Assembly (NCBI GenBank): GCA_041736175.1 | Contig: JBGSUI010000105.1 | Span: forward strand, 1 to 41,416 | From: Oligoflexales bacterium | Lineage (GTDB): Bacteria; Bdellovibrionota_B; Oligoflexia; Oligoflexales; CAIYRB01 | Reading direction: 5' to 3' | DNA: 41,416 nucleotides | Shown here: in pieces, positions 18,681 to 28,812 of the stretch | Numbering within the stretch: the first letter of the stretch is position 1 | How the letters are laid out: each line of letters starts with the position of its first letter | Position numbers and translations under genes: made by a program | Notes under the pieces: model-generated | What the model was told of the DNA's origin: nothing | Seen by the model: only the letters and a program-made list of their open reading frames with translations | Databases searched by the model: none

Positions 18681-20147
18681 CTAGGGACTTACATAAAGTC
18701 TCGCGGACCGACCAGGCACCTTCACGGTCTGTCGAGGGCCTTGAGAGGGGTAGGTCTGTAGGAAGGGAGCCCCGGTGATCAAATCTCTAAAAGATCCAAA
18801 ATTGCTGGACGAAACATCCAAGGAAACTTCTCTAGGATCTCCACATTTGTTTATGGCAACCACACCCTGAGTCCCTCGGGCAAACGCAATCACGCAGTCA
18901 TCTGCAAAAAGATTTGTCTGGGGAGTGCCTTGTACCATCTTTCGAAACCGGAGCATATGCGCCAAAAGGGGGTCGCGATGGGCAAATGCCCAGCGGTCAT
19001 CCCGCAGCCCGGCCCCCCCTGCCTTCCCGAGGTCTGAGTAAATATAGGGGACCCCCTCGGCACGACCTAAAAGGTAGCCATAGGCAAGCATTTCGTCGAC
19101 AGGATCGAGGATCATGGACCTAAAGATTTCGTTATTGGGGATATCGTGGGCCATGACAAAGGTGACGCTTCGGTCCGAGGGGAGGGCTCGTTTCGTGGCA
19201 ACGAGGTCAGTGGCGAGGAGGTCAGATAGACGACCACCAAAACGAAAGGCATCCTGAATCGTCGCGCGCAGTGGAAAATCATAGTAGGAAAACGATGTTT
19301 CTTTAAGATAGGGCACAAGATCACGGTCATAGGACTTAGGGTCGGTGATAATCTCGCCAAAGATAAAAAACTTAGCTCTCTCCTCGGCTGGGATAAGCTT
19401 GTTAAAGTAGCCAGGATCCATATGTTTCACAGCGTCCAGCCTAAACCCATCGACCCCTAGGGCTGTGAGTTTGGCGACAAAGGCTTTTTGTGCAGCGAGG
19501 ACCCGCGGCGAATTTTGATCGAGATCGGGGAGGCCCTTATCGCCAGGAGCCCCGCATAAACGATTTTTTCTTACCTGAACAACATCGTTATAGTCGGTGA
19601 TACACGCTGCAGGGTGGTAATCATCTGGTGTAAACAAAGGCCCAAAATCCTGGAGCACTTTTTGCGCTTGTGGTGGAAGATTTCTTGGTATGAAAGACTC
19701 GTTGGCTGTATGATTGAGGACAAGATCGACTAAAATTTTGACACCGAATTGGTGTGCAGTCACGATCATCTGCTTAAACTGAGTCTCATCCCCAAGAGGA
19801 CCAGCGATGATGCGGTAGTCGAGAGGTTGGTAGCGTCCCCACCACATATCGCTATCAATGGTGAGATTTGGAGGTGATACATGGATCTGCCCGTATCCTC
19901 TTTCAGCGAGGAGGGGGATTTCTTCGGTAATCTTGGTGAAAGGCCAATTAAATAGCTGTAGGATCACGTCACCCCTTGAGGAGTGGGGAGCATACTCCTT
20001 GAACCCATAGGAGTCCCTCACACTCTCTGTAGAGAATGGATCAAATGGGACCTCGTCCTGATCATCTGGACCACAACCGACCCGAAGCCCGAAAAAAAAG
20101 GCGACGACCACCATCGACAAAACAAAATAATGATTACGAGTCATCAT
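18681..20147 (-). CDS. Exported or membrane-anchored alpha-amylase (GH13)
   Basis: QLFNW, WWGRYQP, DLVLNH, GLPDL, GFRLDAVKH, GEI and FVMAHD catalytic regions; hydrophobic N-terminus ending VGC. Confidence 0.9.
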   Translation of the reverse strand: MMTRNHYFVLSMVVVAFFFGLRVGCGPDDQDEVPFDPFSTESVRDSYGFKEYAPHSSRGDVILQLFNWPFTKITEEIPLLAERGYGQIHVSPPNLTIDSDMWWGRYQPLDYRIIAGPLGDETQFKQMIVTAHQFGVKILVDLVLNHTANESFIPRNLPPQAQKVLQDFGPLFTPDDYHPAACITDYNDVVQVRKNRLCGAPGDKGLPDLDQNSPRVLAAQKAFVAKLTALGVDGFRLDAVKHMDPGYFNKLIPAEERAKFFIFGEIITDPKSYDRDLVPYLKETSFSYYDFPLRATIQDAFRFGGRLSDLLATDLVATKRALPSDRSVTFVMAHDIPNNEIFRSMILDPVDEMLAYGYLLGRAEGVPYIYSDLGKAGGAGLRDDRWAFAHRDPLLAHMLRFRKMVQGTPQTNLFADDCVIAFARGTQGVVAINKCGDPREVSLDVSSSNFGSFRDLITGAPFLQTYPSQGPRQTVKVPGRSARLYVSP

Positions 20148-20236
20148 AGAAAGCCCCCAAGAGGTTCTGGACCTTAGCGGTCCACGAACTCCTTGGAGGC
20201 CTGCAATCTTTGTACCACCTGATCACCTTGAATCTT

Positions 20237-21391
20237 TCAGTAACTATGGGCCCAAAGACGCTGCAGAAAGGTCTGCCAGTGTAGGCAAGTGACCCCTTCC
20301 ACAACTCGGTCCAAAGGATCGTGACTCACTAAAATCAGGTCCTTAAAGTCGGTTTCTTCACGAATTTTATGCAGTCCTCGTAAATCCTTGGGGGTCACAT
20401 GTTGGGTCGCCTTGATTTCAATCGCCATGCTTTCATCGACCACCAGATCCACCTCGTCACCCTGCAGGGTCCGCCAATAGGTGAGATCCCAACGGCGTCT
20501 AAAGTAGCTCTGATATGCCCGGACTTCTTGGATTAAAAAATGCTCAAACGACCGACCATAAAGGTCGGAGTTGCGATCGATCGACTTGGTTCCGGTGAGG
20601 GTATGTATGACCCCACAATCAAACAAATAATATTTTGCTGTTACCGAGACCTTGCGTTTTTTACCTGATTTCCAAACGGGTAGTTGGAAACCCAGGAGGG
20701 TATCTTCGAGGATCTCGTAGTATTCTCGGATAGTCTTTGCAGACAGGCCGACATCACTGGCTATATTTGCATAGTTGATTTGCTCCGAACTCGCCAATGC
20801 CGCCAATTTAAGAAAGCGCGTAAAGCTTGGCAAATTTCTGACCAGTGCCTCAGCTTGGATCTCTTCTTTTAGGTACAAGTCGACATAGGCAAACAGCTCT
20901 TCGTCGGGGGTTTCGGCTAGGTAAACTCTGGGAAGAGACCCATAGCGGAGGACTCTGTCGAGGTCGAATGCTGTTTGGTTTTGGATCTCAAACCAAGTCA
21001 AAGGAAAGAGAGCCGCCTGTGAGGCCCTGCCACCTAGCATATTGGCATGGTGCCTCTTGAGCTTTCTGGCACTGGATCCAGTCAACAAAAATCGATAGCC
21101 TTTTTCTTCGATCAGATCGTGAACTTCATCAAGGAGTTCGGGTATTTTTTGGACCTCATCGATCACGATAAGCTTTTTTTGCTGTGCGTCGATCAGGGAC
21201 TGCAAAAGACCGGGATTTTGGCTTAAGGGTAGAAAGAACTTAGTCTTTAAAAGATTTATAGTTAAAGCGTCGTCCCCAATCTCCTGGCGGATAAGGGTCG
21301 TTTTACCGGTCGAACGGGGCCCAAACAGGAAGTATGATTTTTTTTCAATTAATTTAATTAGTTCTAGTGATCTCTTAAAATCTGTAGTCAT
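20237..21391 (-). CDS. AAA_14 ATPase with DUF4143 domain
   Basis: GPRSTGKT, IDEVQK, LTGSSARKL, YGSLP, KYYLFDCG and YWRT..EVD...AIEIK motifs. Confidence 0.9.
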   Translation of the reverse strand: MTTDFKRSLELIKLIEKKSYFLFGPRSTGKTTLIRQEIGDDALTINLLKTKFFLPLSQNPGLLQSLIDAQQKKLIVIDEVQKIPELLDEVHDLIEEKGYRFLLTGSSARKLKRHHANMLGGRASQAALFPLTWFEIQNQTAFDLDRVLRYGSLPRVYLAETPDEELFAYVDLYLKEEIQAEALVRNLPSFTRFLKLAALASSEQINYANIASDVGLSAKTIREYYEILEDTLLGFQLPVWKSGKKRKVSVTAKYYLFDCGVIHTLTGTKSIDRNSDLYGRSFEHFLIQEVRAYQSYFRRRWDLTYWRTLQGDEVDLVVDESMAIEIKATQHVTPKDLRGLHKIREETDFKDLILVSHDPLDRVVEGVTCLHWQTFLQRLWAHSY

Positions 21392-21408
21392 AGTTCTGAA
21401 TTTCCATG

Positions 21409-21435
21409 AAAATCGGAAGTAGCGGTTCCGATTTT
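21409..21435. promoter_or_regulatory. Perfect inverted repeat (operator-like) upstream of the ATPase gene
   Basis: AAAATCGGAA-gtagcgg-TTCCGATTTT. On the minus strand it directly follows TTGAAA-N17-TAGTAT. Confidence 0.5.
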
Positions 21436-21447
21436 TATACTAACGCG

Positions 21448-21486
21448 AAAAGGGGTTGATTTCAACCATAAGTTGAATTCAACCCC
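21448..21486 (-). terminator. Probable intrinsic terminator of the VWA lipoprotein gene
   Basis: 15-bp arms GGGGTTGATTTCAAC / GTTGAATTCAACCCC (one mismatch) with a 5-nt loop, followed on the minus strand by UUUU; 35 bp after the stop codon. Confidence 0.55.
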
Positions 21487-21521
21487 CTGAAATCAAAACA
21501 AATACCCCTAATCTCCTGACA

Positions 21522-22592
21522 TTATTTTTTGCAATCAGAGACAATCGCTCCTAAAAGCTTTGACAGCTCTTCAAGAGCTTTGTCGGTGTCCGCGCGGATA
21601 TATTTGCCCACATGCTCTGGCGAGATCGTACCAACTTTTGGCAGGGCCATCCCTTGAACCACGTCGATCCCTTTTTGTTGAATTTGGGCGCCTGAGGCTA
21701 CTGTGATCATCGCTGCATCGTAATTGTTGACGATACCCTGGACTTTGGTATTGATGGCTTGGGTGATCAGCAAAGGATTGTCATTAGCTTGTGAGGTTGT
21801 CACTGTATCTGAGCGGTTGGGATCACCGTCGGTCAAAAACACCAAAAAGTTGCGCTGGGTCGTCACACCTTTTTTAGCTCCCATAAGTCCGAGAGCTGTT
21901 TCGCCGACTCTAAGTCCAGCTTCAAAGTTAGTATTACCTTTAGGGTTTCGAGCAACCTGTGTGATATCTGCAGAGAGTTTGTCGGTACCATTTTTACCTA
22001 CATCTTGAGGACCATTGGTGCCTACAATCGAGGTATCACTAAAGCCCACAATCCCCAATTCGATAGAGATCGTAGGATGGATGCGTGCAAAGCGAGCCAT
22101 TTCGATGGCGAAGTTTAAAGAGGCTTTTTCCCTAAGAAAATTGGGGTCTGTTTGCAGCTGAGACCCCGAAGCATCGATCACGATAGCTATATTGTACTCA
22201 CTTGCCTTTTTAGAAAGGCACTCCGCATTAAGGCCGCTACCAGGGAGCCCTCCACCTCCATTTGATGAGTCCGTTTGTCCAGGAGACTCACCGTTCTGGG
22301 AAGATCCATCACCTCCTAAACCGCCTTTTCCGTTGCCGTCCACACCATTTGGATCGGTGCCCGTAGACCCATCAGTACCGAGGGATCCTGACGTGGTCTT
22401 GGCATTGGCTTTGCTGCCTGCCCCAGGCGATTCGTCACTACTGGAACCCATCCCTTCGCCTTGGTTAGCACCATTAAGCATAGAGCTCGAAGACGTTTTA
22501 CCAGTTTCACCGCCAAACTGGGTGCTACTGCAACTGGTTAAGGCTATGATTCCTACTAAACCTCCACCAGTGATCAAAGCTTTATATTTCAT
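21522..22592 (-). CDS. VWA-domain lipoprotein with Gly/Ser-rich tether
   Basis: Lipobox LTSC; about 100-aa G/S/D/N linker; MIDAS motifs DASGS, TNF and FLTDGDPN. Confidence 0.85.
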   Translation of the reverse strand: MKYKALITGGGLVGIIALTSCSSTQFGGETGKTSSSSMLNGANQGEGMGSSSDESPGAGSKANAKTTSGSLGTDGSTGTDPNGVDGNGKGGLGGDGSSQNGESPGQTDSSNGGGGLPGSGLNAECLSKKASEYNIAIVIDASGSQLQTDPNFLREKASLNFAIEMARFARIHPTISIELGIVGFSDTSIVGTNGPQDVGKNGTDKLSADITQVARNPKGNTNFEAGLRVGETALGLMGAKKGVTTQRNFLVFLTDGDPNRSDTVTTSQANDNPLLITQAINTKVQGIVNNYDAAMITVASGAQIQQKGIDVVQGMALPKVGTISPEHVGKYIRADTDKALEELSKLLGAIVSDCKK

Positions 22593-22705
22593 TTTAAAGT
22601 CCCCCTTGTCCTTTGACGTTTGTTGATTGATGATTGGAAATCATGCCTACTCTATTACCCAAATAATCATTTTTCCAATTTGAAAACGGTTACTTGTTAC
22701 TAAAG

Positions 22706-22733
22706 GTTTCGGCTTATCAATTTTTCTTCTTGA
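22706..22733 (-). promoter_or_regulatory. Putative sigma28/FliA-type promoter (TCAAG-N15-GCCGAAAC)
   Basis: Minus strand reads tcaag-aagaaaaattgataa-gccgaaac, upstream of the VWA gene; same boxes as 354-381. Confidence 0.5.
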
Positions 22734-22902
22734 GCCTTTTCAAATTGTCAAAATAATGTTCAATTGTATCTGAGTATTATCTTTGTAGGGCGATGAATTA
22801 AATTGCTCGATGCCAACAACGAGGTTATGAAGAGTCCTCGGTCACAAAGTCTACGTCTTCCCACAGGCTCCCGGTTGCCTAAAGCTCAAACAAGGATTCC
22901 TT

Positions 22903-23754
22903 ATGGTTATGAAAATCAGCCTTGCCTTTAGTCCCGATACCGATGATGCCTTTATGGTGCGAGCGATCGAAGCCGGCCAAATCGACACGGGGCCGTACCA
23001 ATTCGACTTAATCGCTGCGGATATCCAACATCTCAACGAACAGGCAATGCTCGGAACCTACGATATTACGGCGATCAGCATCGGGGTCTACCCTCTTATC
23101 CAAGATCTTTACCAACTGGTGCCGGTAGGCTCAAGCATCGGCGATGGATTTGGCCCAGCTCTTGTGGTCCCTTTGAATCCAAGAGGAAAGTCGCCGGCTC
23201 AGAGACCGGAGGATCTCAGGGGCCAAAGGATTGCCATCCCTGGGCGCTATACGTCGGCTTATTATGCCGCAAGGATGCTGATTGGTGATTTCCAACCGGT
23301 TCCGACTCTGTTTAGCGATATCGTAACCGAAGTCTCCGAAGGCCGCTGTGATGGGGGCATCCTTATCCATGAACTACAGCTTTGGGACCATCACGATCAC
23401 CTTGAGAAAATAGGCGATCTGGGTCAACTCTGGGAGGCCAAGTACCAGCTCCCCCTACCCCTCGGCGGCAACAGCATCAGGCGCTCATTAGGAACCCACC
23501 ATATCAACCAGCTTACGGAAATTCTTCGCAAAAGCATTCTTTATGGATTCGAGCATCGTGAGTCTACCTTAAAAGCCGCCCTCAAGCGCAGCGGAGCCGC
23601 CATTAGCCTTCAGGAAGCAGATCGGTATATTACTATGTATGTTAACGATCACAGCCTTGATTTTCATGAGCCCGTCAGGAAATCCATCAAGCTCCTTCTA
23701 GAGGGTGGAGCCTCCCTAGGTCTGTGTCCTCCGCCAAGACCAATGGATTTGTGA
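22903..23754 (+). CDS. mqnD: 1,4-dihydroxy-6-naphthoate synthase-like protein (futalosine pathway)
   Basis: SPDTDDAFM, DIQHLN, G.GFGP, IAIPG..TSA, ILIHE, PLPLGG and YITMYVN motifs; adjacent to mqnE. Confidence 0.8.
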   Translation: MVMKISLAFSPDTDDAFMVRAIEAGQIDTGPYQFDLIAADIQHLNEQAMLGTYDITAISIGVYPLIQDLYQLVPVGSSIGDGFGPALVVPLNPRGKSPAQRPEDLRGQRIAIPGRYTSAYYAARMLIGDFQPVPTLFSDIVTEVSEGRCDGGILIHELQLWDHHDHLEKIGDLGQLWEAKYQLPLPLGGNSIRRSLGTHHINQLTEILRKSILYGFEHRESTLKAALKRSGAAISLQEADRYITMYVNDHSLDFHEPVRKSIKLLLEGGASLGLCPPPRPMDL

Positions 23755-23886
23755 GACCGTTCGTGGTTAGATAGTTCAACAATGATGAGAGGTGACTGTC
23801 CCCTGCTGGGAGGTTATCCCTCCCAATGCTCACTGTTAGGCTAAGATCTACAGGCATTTACCACGACGGGATCCCCAGGAGGAATC

Positions 23887-26250
23887 ATGGAGCGATTTGA
23901 GGCTATTTCTCGAAAGGTTATCCTTGGTGACAGAATCACCGAGGCCGATGCTCTCTATCTTTTTCATGATTTTCATGACCTGATCGCCTTGGGCCAATTG
24001 GCCGAACAAAAAAATAAAACGATCAATCAAGACGTGGTCTTTTACAATATCAACCGCCATATCAACCCCACCAATATCTGTGCTCTAAATTGCAAGTTTT
24101 GCGCTTATTCACGCAAGATTGGTGAGCCAGGTGCTTATGCCTATTCCATTGAAACGATGGTGGAAAAAGCCGGTGAAGCGGTCCGCCAAGGAGCCACCGA
24201 AGTCCATATGGTCGGAGGACTTCATCCCCGCTGGGGATTTGATCATTATCTTAACATGATTAAATCCGTTAAAGAGGCTTTTCCTGCCCTCCATATCAAG
24301 GCCTTCACAGCCGTCGAACTCGACTGGCTTGCTCGCAAATCGCGCCAAAAGGTCGACCAAGTCCTCGAAAAACTATGTGCGGTCGGCTTAGGCTCCTTGC
24401 CTGGGGGGGGTGCAGAGATCTTCCATCCCGAAATCCGCGATTCCATTTGCGATACCAAAGTCTCCGCGGATCAGTGGTTAGGGACCCACCGCACGGCCCA
24501 TGGTATGGGCATGTACTCCAACGCAACCATGCTTTATGGCCATATCGAAAAATACACCCACCGAGTCGACCACATGGCTCGGCTGCGCACCTTGCAAGAT
24601 GAAACCCAAGGATTTAATGCTTTTATTCCCCTTGCCTTCCAACCCTTCCAAAATGAAATGGGGATTACCCGCTATACCCTAGGAGTCGACGACCTCAAGA
24701 CCCTTGCCATCGCCAGAATTTTTCTGGACAACTTCAAACACATCAAAGCCTACTGGGTTATGTTGGGACAGGATATTGCCCAGATCGCCCTAAACTTTGG
24801 TGCAAATGATCTGGATGGAACTGTGATCGAAGAAAAAATCTCTCGCATGGCGGGAGGTCGATCAGGAATGGCCCTTTCAAGATCGCTTATTAAAAACCTG
24901 ATCGAACGCGCGGACCGCATTCCAGCGGAAAGGGACACGCTCTACCATCCTCTAGAAAACCTCACGGTACGGACCTTAAGCCGTAGCCCACGGAAGGACT
25001 CTGACAAGGTAGAAGAGAATCTCTTGGAAAGTCTCAAAACCACCCTTGGCAACGAGCCTTCCGATAAGGGCCTCTCCCGGGAGCTAAGCTCTCAGCTTAA
25101 AAGCTTTGTTGATATCGGATCTGCCAACACCTTTGCCCAATTGGCTCGCCTACGCACTCAAACCTTTTTCCCCGAACTCTCGGTGACACGCAGTCGGACC
25201 CTTCATCTTTCTTGGGGCTCCCCTGGAAAAGTAAAAATCTCTGTGCATGGATCTGTCGAAGCAAAAGCTATGGTAGACCTGCCCCTGTCCGCTGCTGCCA
25301 TTAAAGATTGGCTTCAGTCGCCTACGGTCGATGAGCCCGAGTCCCAACAAGGCAACCCTGCGCCTGATTCCTTTACAGAACTCTTTTTAGACATCTCTCT
25401 GCTTACCGAGCCTGTCCCAAACCTATCAGAGCCACAGTCTACGAAGGAAAAGCCATGGACCGCTCCAATTCTTGATTTACTTAATATCCTGGCACAACTG
25501 GATATTTTAACTTCTAAACTCCACCCCGTCTCCCTTCATATCCGGGGACTTAAAGCCCTGTGGCACCTATGCAGGGGCCAAGAAGGTGCTCTGATGGATG
25601 GGCTTGGCGCCTTCCAACGCCAAGGTGTCACATCCATCCAAAGCTCTCCCCTTGAATCCGAAATGGACTTGACCTCCAGGGAAATCACCACCCTTCATCG
25701 AGCTGCCTGCCAGAGTGGGCTTTGGAGTGGAGGAAAACTTGAGATCGTCGGTCCAGCCCTACAAACAACCGCCATGGCGGGCGATCACCGTCCTTTGTGG
25801 GACTCTTTTTTAAAGCGAGCGGAAACCCTGGGATCTCTCGTACCCGGGATTTATGGACTGCTCCAGGTGCGCGTTGAGGCTGCCCCCACTAGTTTTGTGA
25901 CGCCCCTTGACTATCTCAAAGCCATTGCCATCGCTCGGATAGCTCTACCGGCAAATATCCAAATCGTTGCTCCGTTCTTAAGCCTACCCACCCTCGGCCT
26001 AGCCAAGGGGGAAGGCAGTCAGTCCTACCAGCATCCGGCCGAAAAGCTCGCACCTTTAGTAGCCTACTACGGGGCACAGTCCTTAGGCTCTCTCGACGTG
26101 ATGCAGACGAGCCCTCGGGCTATCCTCGATCTGGTGGAAGGATCAGGAATCCTCGCCAAGGGACTCGGAGAGCCAGTACCCCCTAGTCGCCTCCCTTTGT
26201 TGCCAAAAGATTTCGGGTATCATGGGGAGAGACAGGAGCTTTTTGGTTAA
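23887..26250 (+). CDS. mqnE: Aminofutalosine synthase MqnE (radical SAM) fused to a degenerate CofH/MqnC-like domain
   Basis: NRHINPTNICALNCKFCAY, EVHMVGG, HIKAFTAVE, SLPGGGAEIF, HIKAYWVM and FGANDLDGTV.EEKI in the first ~355 aa; about 430 additional aa follow. Confidence 0.85.
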   Translation: MERFEAISRKVILGDRITEADALYLFHDFHDLIALGQLAEQKNKTINQDVVFYNINRHINPTNICALNCKFCAYSRKIGEPGAYAYSIETMVEKAGEAVRQGATEVHMVGGLHPRWGFDHYLNMIKSVKEAFPALHIKAFTAVELDWLARKSRQKVDQVLEKLCAVGLGSLPGGGAEIFHPEIRDSICDTKVSADQWLGTHRTAHGMGMYSNATMLYGHIEKYTHRVDHMARLRTLQDETQGFNAFIPLAFQPFQNEMGITRYTLGVDDLKTLAIARIFLDNFKHIKAYWVMLGQDIAQIALNFGANDLDGTVIEEKISRMAGGRSGMALSRSLIKNLIERADRIPAERDTLYHPLENLTVRTLSRSPRKDSDKVEENLLESLKTTLGNEPSDKGLSRELSSQLKSFVDIGSANTFAQLARLRTQTFFPELSVTRSRTLHLSWGSPGKVKISVHGSVEAKAMVDLPLSAAAIKDWLQSPTVDEPESQQGNPAPDSFTELFLDISLLTEPVPNLSEPQSTKEKPWTAPILDLLNILAQLDILTSKLHPVSLHIRGLKALWHLCRGQEGALMDGLGAFQRQGVTSIQSSPLESEMDLTSREITTLHRAACQSGLWSGGKLEIVGPALQTTAMAGDHRPLWDSFLKRAETLGSLVPGIYGLLQVRVEAAPTSFVTPLDYLKAIAIARIALPANIQIVAPFLSLPTLGLAKGEGSQSYQHPAEKLAPLVAYYGAQSLGSLDVMQTSPRAILDLVEGSGILAKGLGEPVPPSRLPLLPKDFGYHGERQELFG

Positions 26251-26392
26251 AGATTTAGTTTCATAAACCGATCGTAGACAGAGTCTGTGGGCCAGACGTG
26301 ACGGAAGCCCCAGTTCCAAGAGGGAGCTTGTGGGATTTTTAATAAGGTAACGAAAAGGAATTCATGTATTTACAAAGGAGTTCCAAAATCCT

Positions 26393-26836
26393 ATGGGTGA
26401 TCCCCTAAGAAAACCAAGTGATCCCTTTCCATCGAGTGACACCGAGTTGGGGGATATTGTCCCCCGTGACCTCGGTGGCTCCGCTGGGTCCTCGAATCTA
26501 CAGCAGGAGCGTCAGGACCCCTCGCTCTTTGATGACCGACCCAATGGTCCGGCTATTGACGACTTGGCAGTGGCTCCATCCCCTGTGCAGCCTCAAAGGA
26601 ATCTCCCGGAGGCTCCCCCCCAAGGACAGAGTCAGGTTAAGAATAAGCAAAGGCGTAACCGTCGGGGGGGATTTTCGTTTACACTCCTGATCTTTGGGGC
26701 TATTGGTTTTGTAGCCTTTGGTGCGGGGGCCTCTTTAGCCTACTTTATCCTGTCGGGGACGTTGGACGTAGATCAAGGTTGGATCAAGGATAACCTCAGT
26801 GTTATTAAAAACCTGGTGAAAGAGTGGCGCCAATAG
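26393..26836 (+). CDS. Hypothetical single-pass membrane protein with disordered N-terminus
   Basis: AAGGAG RBS; Pro-rich N-terminus, basic cluster, then one long hydrophobic segment. Confidence 0.65.
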   Translation: MGDPLRKPSDPFPSSDTELGDIVPRDLGGSAGSSNLQQERQDPSLFDDRPNGPAIDDLAVAPSPVQPQRNLPEAPPQGQSQVKNKQRRNRRGGFSFTLLIFGAIGFVAFGAGASLAYFILSGTLDVDQGWIKDNLSVIKNLVKEWRQ

Positions 26837-26856
26837 CCACCGAATTCGAGTATTCA

Positions 26857-27498
26857 ATGACGCTCTTGATAGACTTGCTTGCCTTTCTGACTCCCTACGG
26901 CCTTTATAGCTACTTTGCTATGTTTGGCCTCTTGATCGCCTGTGGCTTTGGGTTTCCAATGCCTGAGGATATTATTCTGATCACCGGTGGCATTATGTCG
27001 GCCCGTGGGGTGACAGATGTGATGACGGTCAACATCGTCTGCCTTTTCGGTGTTCTTGCGGGAGATGGTACCGTCTTTTTCCTAGGCCGTCGTTATGGCC
27101 AGCGGATAAAATCTTTCCCCATCATTCGCCGGATCCTCAACGAAAAGAACGACCGCCGTGTAGAAAAGATCTTTCGAAAATATGGCAGCAAAGTGATTTT
27201 CTTTGCGCGATTTATGCCAGGCCTCCGGACACCTATTTTTATGACGGCAGGAATCTACCGGGTGAGTCCTTGGACCTTTCTCTCACTGGACGGCTTTGCA
27301 GCGCTGATCTCAGTCCCCCTATGGATCCACGTGGGGTATATTTTTGGCCAAAACCTAGAAGAGCTGGAGCGCAAGATTAAAGACTTTCAAGTCGGTATCT
27401 ATATCATCCTCGCCTTGATACTTATTTTGATCGTCGCGATCTCCCTGATCAAAAAGAAGACTTACGCCAAGATCGCAGGAGAGACCGAGGACACCTAG
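26857..27498 (+). CDS. DedA family membrane protein
   Basis: GFGFPMPEDIILITGG, GD...FFLGRRYG, FFARFMPGLR and F..LD motifs. ATG 26857 preferred. Confidence 0.92.
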   Translation: MTLLIDLLAFLTPYGLYSYFAMFGLLIACGFGFPMPEDIILITGGIMSARGVTDVMTVNIVCLFGVLAGDGTVFFLGRRYGQRIKSFPIIRRILNEKNDRRVEKIFRKYGSKVIFFARFMPGLRTPIFMTAGIYRVSPWTFLSLDGFAALISVPLWIHVGYIFGQNLEELERKIKDFQVGIYIILALILILIVAISLIKKKTYAKIAGETEDT

Positions 27499-28754
27499 CT
27501 GAGGCGATCCCGGTACACCTCGTATTCAAATCGCTTGACGACCTCGTAGCGGTCATCGGGATGCCGTAGAGTTACAGACGGCAGGCGAACCCCGTTAAAG
27601 TTTGAAGTCTTGACCATGGTGTAGTGGGACATATCAAGAAAGACCAGCTTCTGTCCTACCTCAAGGGGTGTCTTAAAGGAGTAGTCACCGATCACATCCC
27701 CCGCTAGACAGGTTAGACCTCCTAGGCGATAGGTGTGGGCAAACTCCCCAGGGAGCCCCGCTCCGACTACGTCGGGCCTGTAGGGCATTTCCAAAATATC
27801 AGGCATATGGGCTGTGGCACTGGTGTCGAGGATGGCCACGGGACCTTGGTTGTCCATGATATCGAGGACCGTTGTCACAAGCACTCCGGTGCGAATCGCG
27901 ACCGCCTCGCCGGGTTCTAGGTAAACATCGACCCCAGGGTAACGCTGGCGAAACCCCCGGATCACCCTCACCAGACGCTCCACGTCATATCCGGGTTTTG
28001 TGATGTGGTGCCCGCCACCAAAGTTAACCCACTTAAGTTTAGGAATCAAATCCCCGAATTTTGCCTCGACCACGCTAAGAGTCCGCTCTAAGGCATCGGA
28101 TCCAAGCTCGCATAGGGTATGGAAATGCAGCCCCTCTAGCCCCCCTAAGACCGCTGATCGCACCTGGTCATGGTCCCAGGATGGATTCCCTAGACCCACG
28201 TCCCGAAGCCGCCTATCGATCTGGTCCCTGGTGGTCCCAAGCCGCGACCTAGGAGCACAGGGATCGTAGAGTTCGACGGCGACCTCCCGGTGTTCGGGGT
28301 TGACCCGGAGTCCGCAGGAGACTGGACGGGACGCCCCTTTGATCACCCCACGAAATCTCTCCCATTGGCTAAGACTGTTAAAGACTAGATGATCACAGAG
28401 AGTCACCAGACTCGCCATATCGCTCTCGCTATAGGCTGGAGCATAGGCATGGACCTCTTTACCGATTTTTTCCCGAGCTAGCATGGCTTCATGGACGGCA
28501 CTGGAGGTGGCCCCTGAGAGGTATTTTTGCACCAGGCCAAAGGTGCTCCAGGTGGCAAATCCCTTGAGAGCGATCAACACCTTACATCCCGACCGATCCG
28601 CCACGGACTTAAGGGTGATCAGATTGGCTTCCAACCCGTCCAGGTCGATCACCCAACTAGGAGACTCCGTCACTTGGCGGGGATCGATGGCAAACATACC
28701 TTTTTTTATGGTCAACCATGGATCCACTGCCGCTTGAACCGTCTGTTCGGCCAT
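27495..28754 (-). CDS. nspC: Carboxy(nor)spermidine decarboxylase
   Basis: ALKGF (PLP Lys), LRVNP, YDPCAPRSRLG, GLHFHTLCE, NFGGGHHIT, EPGEA, TCLAGD and HYTMVK..FNG motifs. Confidence 0.92.
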   Translation of the reverse strand: MAEQTVQAAVDPWLTIKKGMFAIDPRQVTESPSWVIDLDGLEANLITLKSVADRSGCKVLIALKGFATWSTFGLVQKYLSGATSSAVHEAMLAREKIGKEVHAYAPAYSESDMASLVTLCDHLVFNSLSQWERFRGVIKGASRPVSCGLRVNPEHREVAVELYDPCAPRSRLGTTRDQIDRRLRDVGLGNPSWDHDQVRSAVLGGLEGLHFHTLCELGSDALERTLSVVEAKFGDLIPKLKWVNFGGGHHITKPGYDVERLVRVIRGFRQRYPGVDVYLEPGEAVAIRTGVLVTTVLDIMDNQGPVAILDTSATAHMPDILEMPYRPDVVGAGLPGEFAHTYRLGGLTCLAGDVIGDYSFKTPLEVGQKLVFLDMSHYTMVKTSNFNGVRLPSVTLRHPDDRYEVVKRFEYEVYRDRLS

Positions 28755-28812
28755 AAGGAAGGCTCCCAACTTCAGTTTTTTAGGGATTTATAGCTTGTTT
28801 TAGAGTTTGGTT

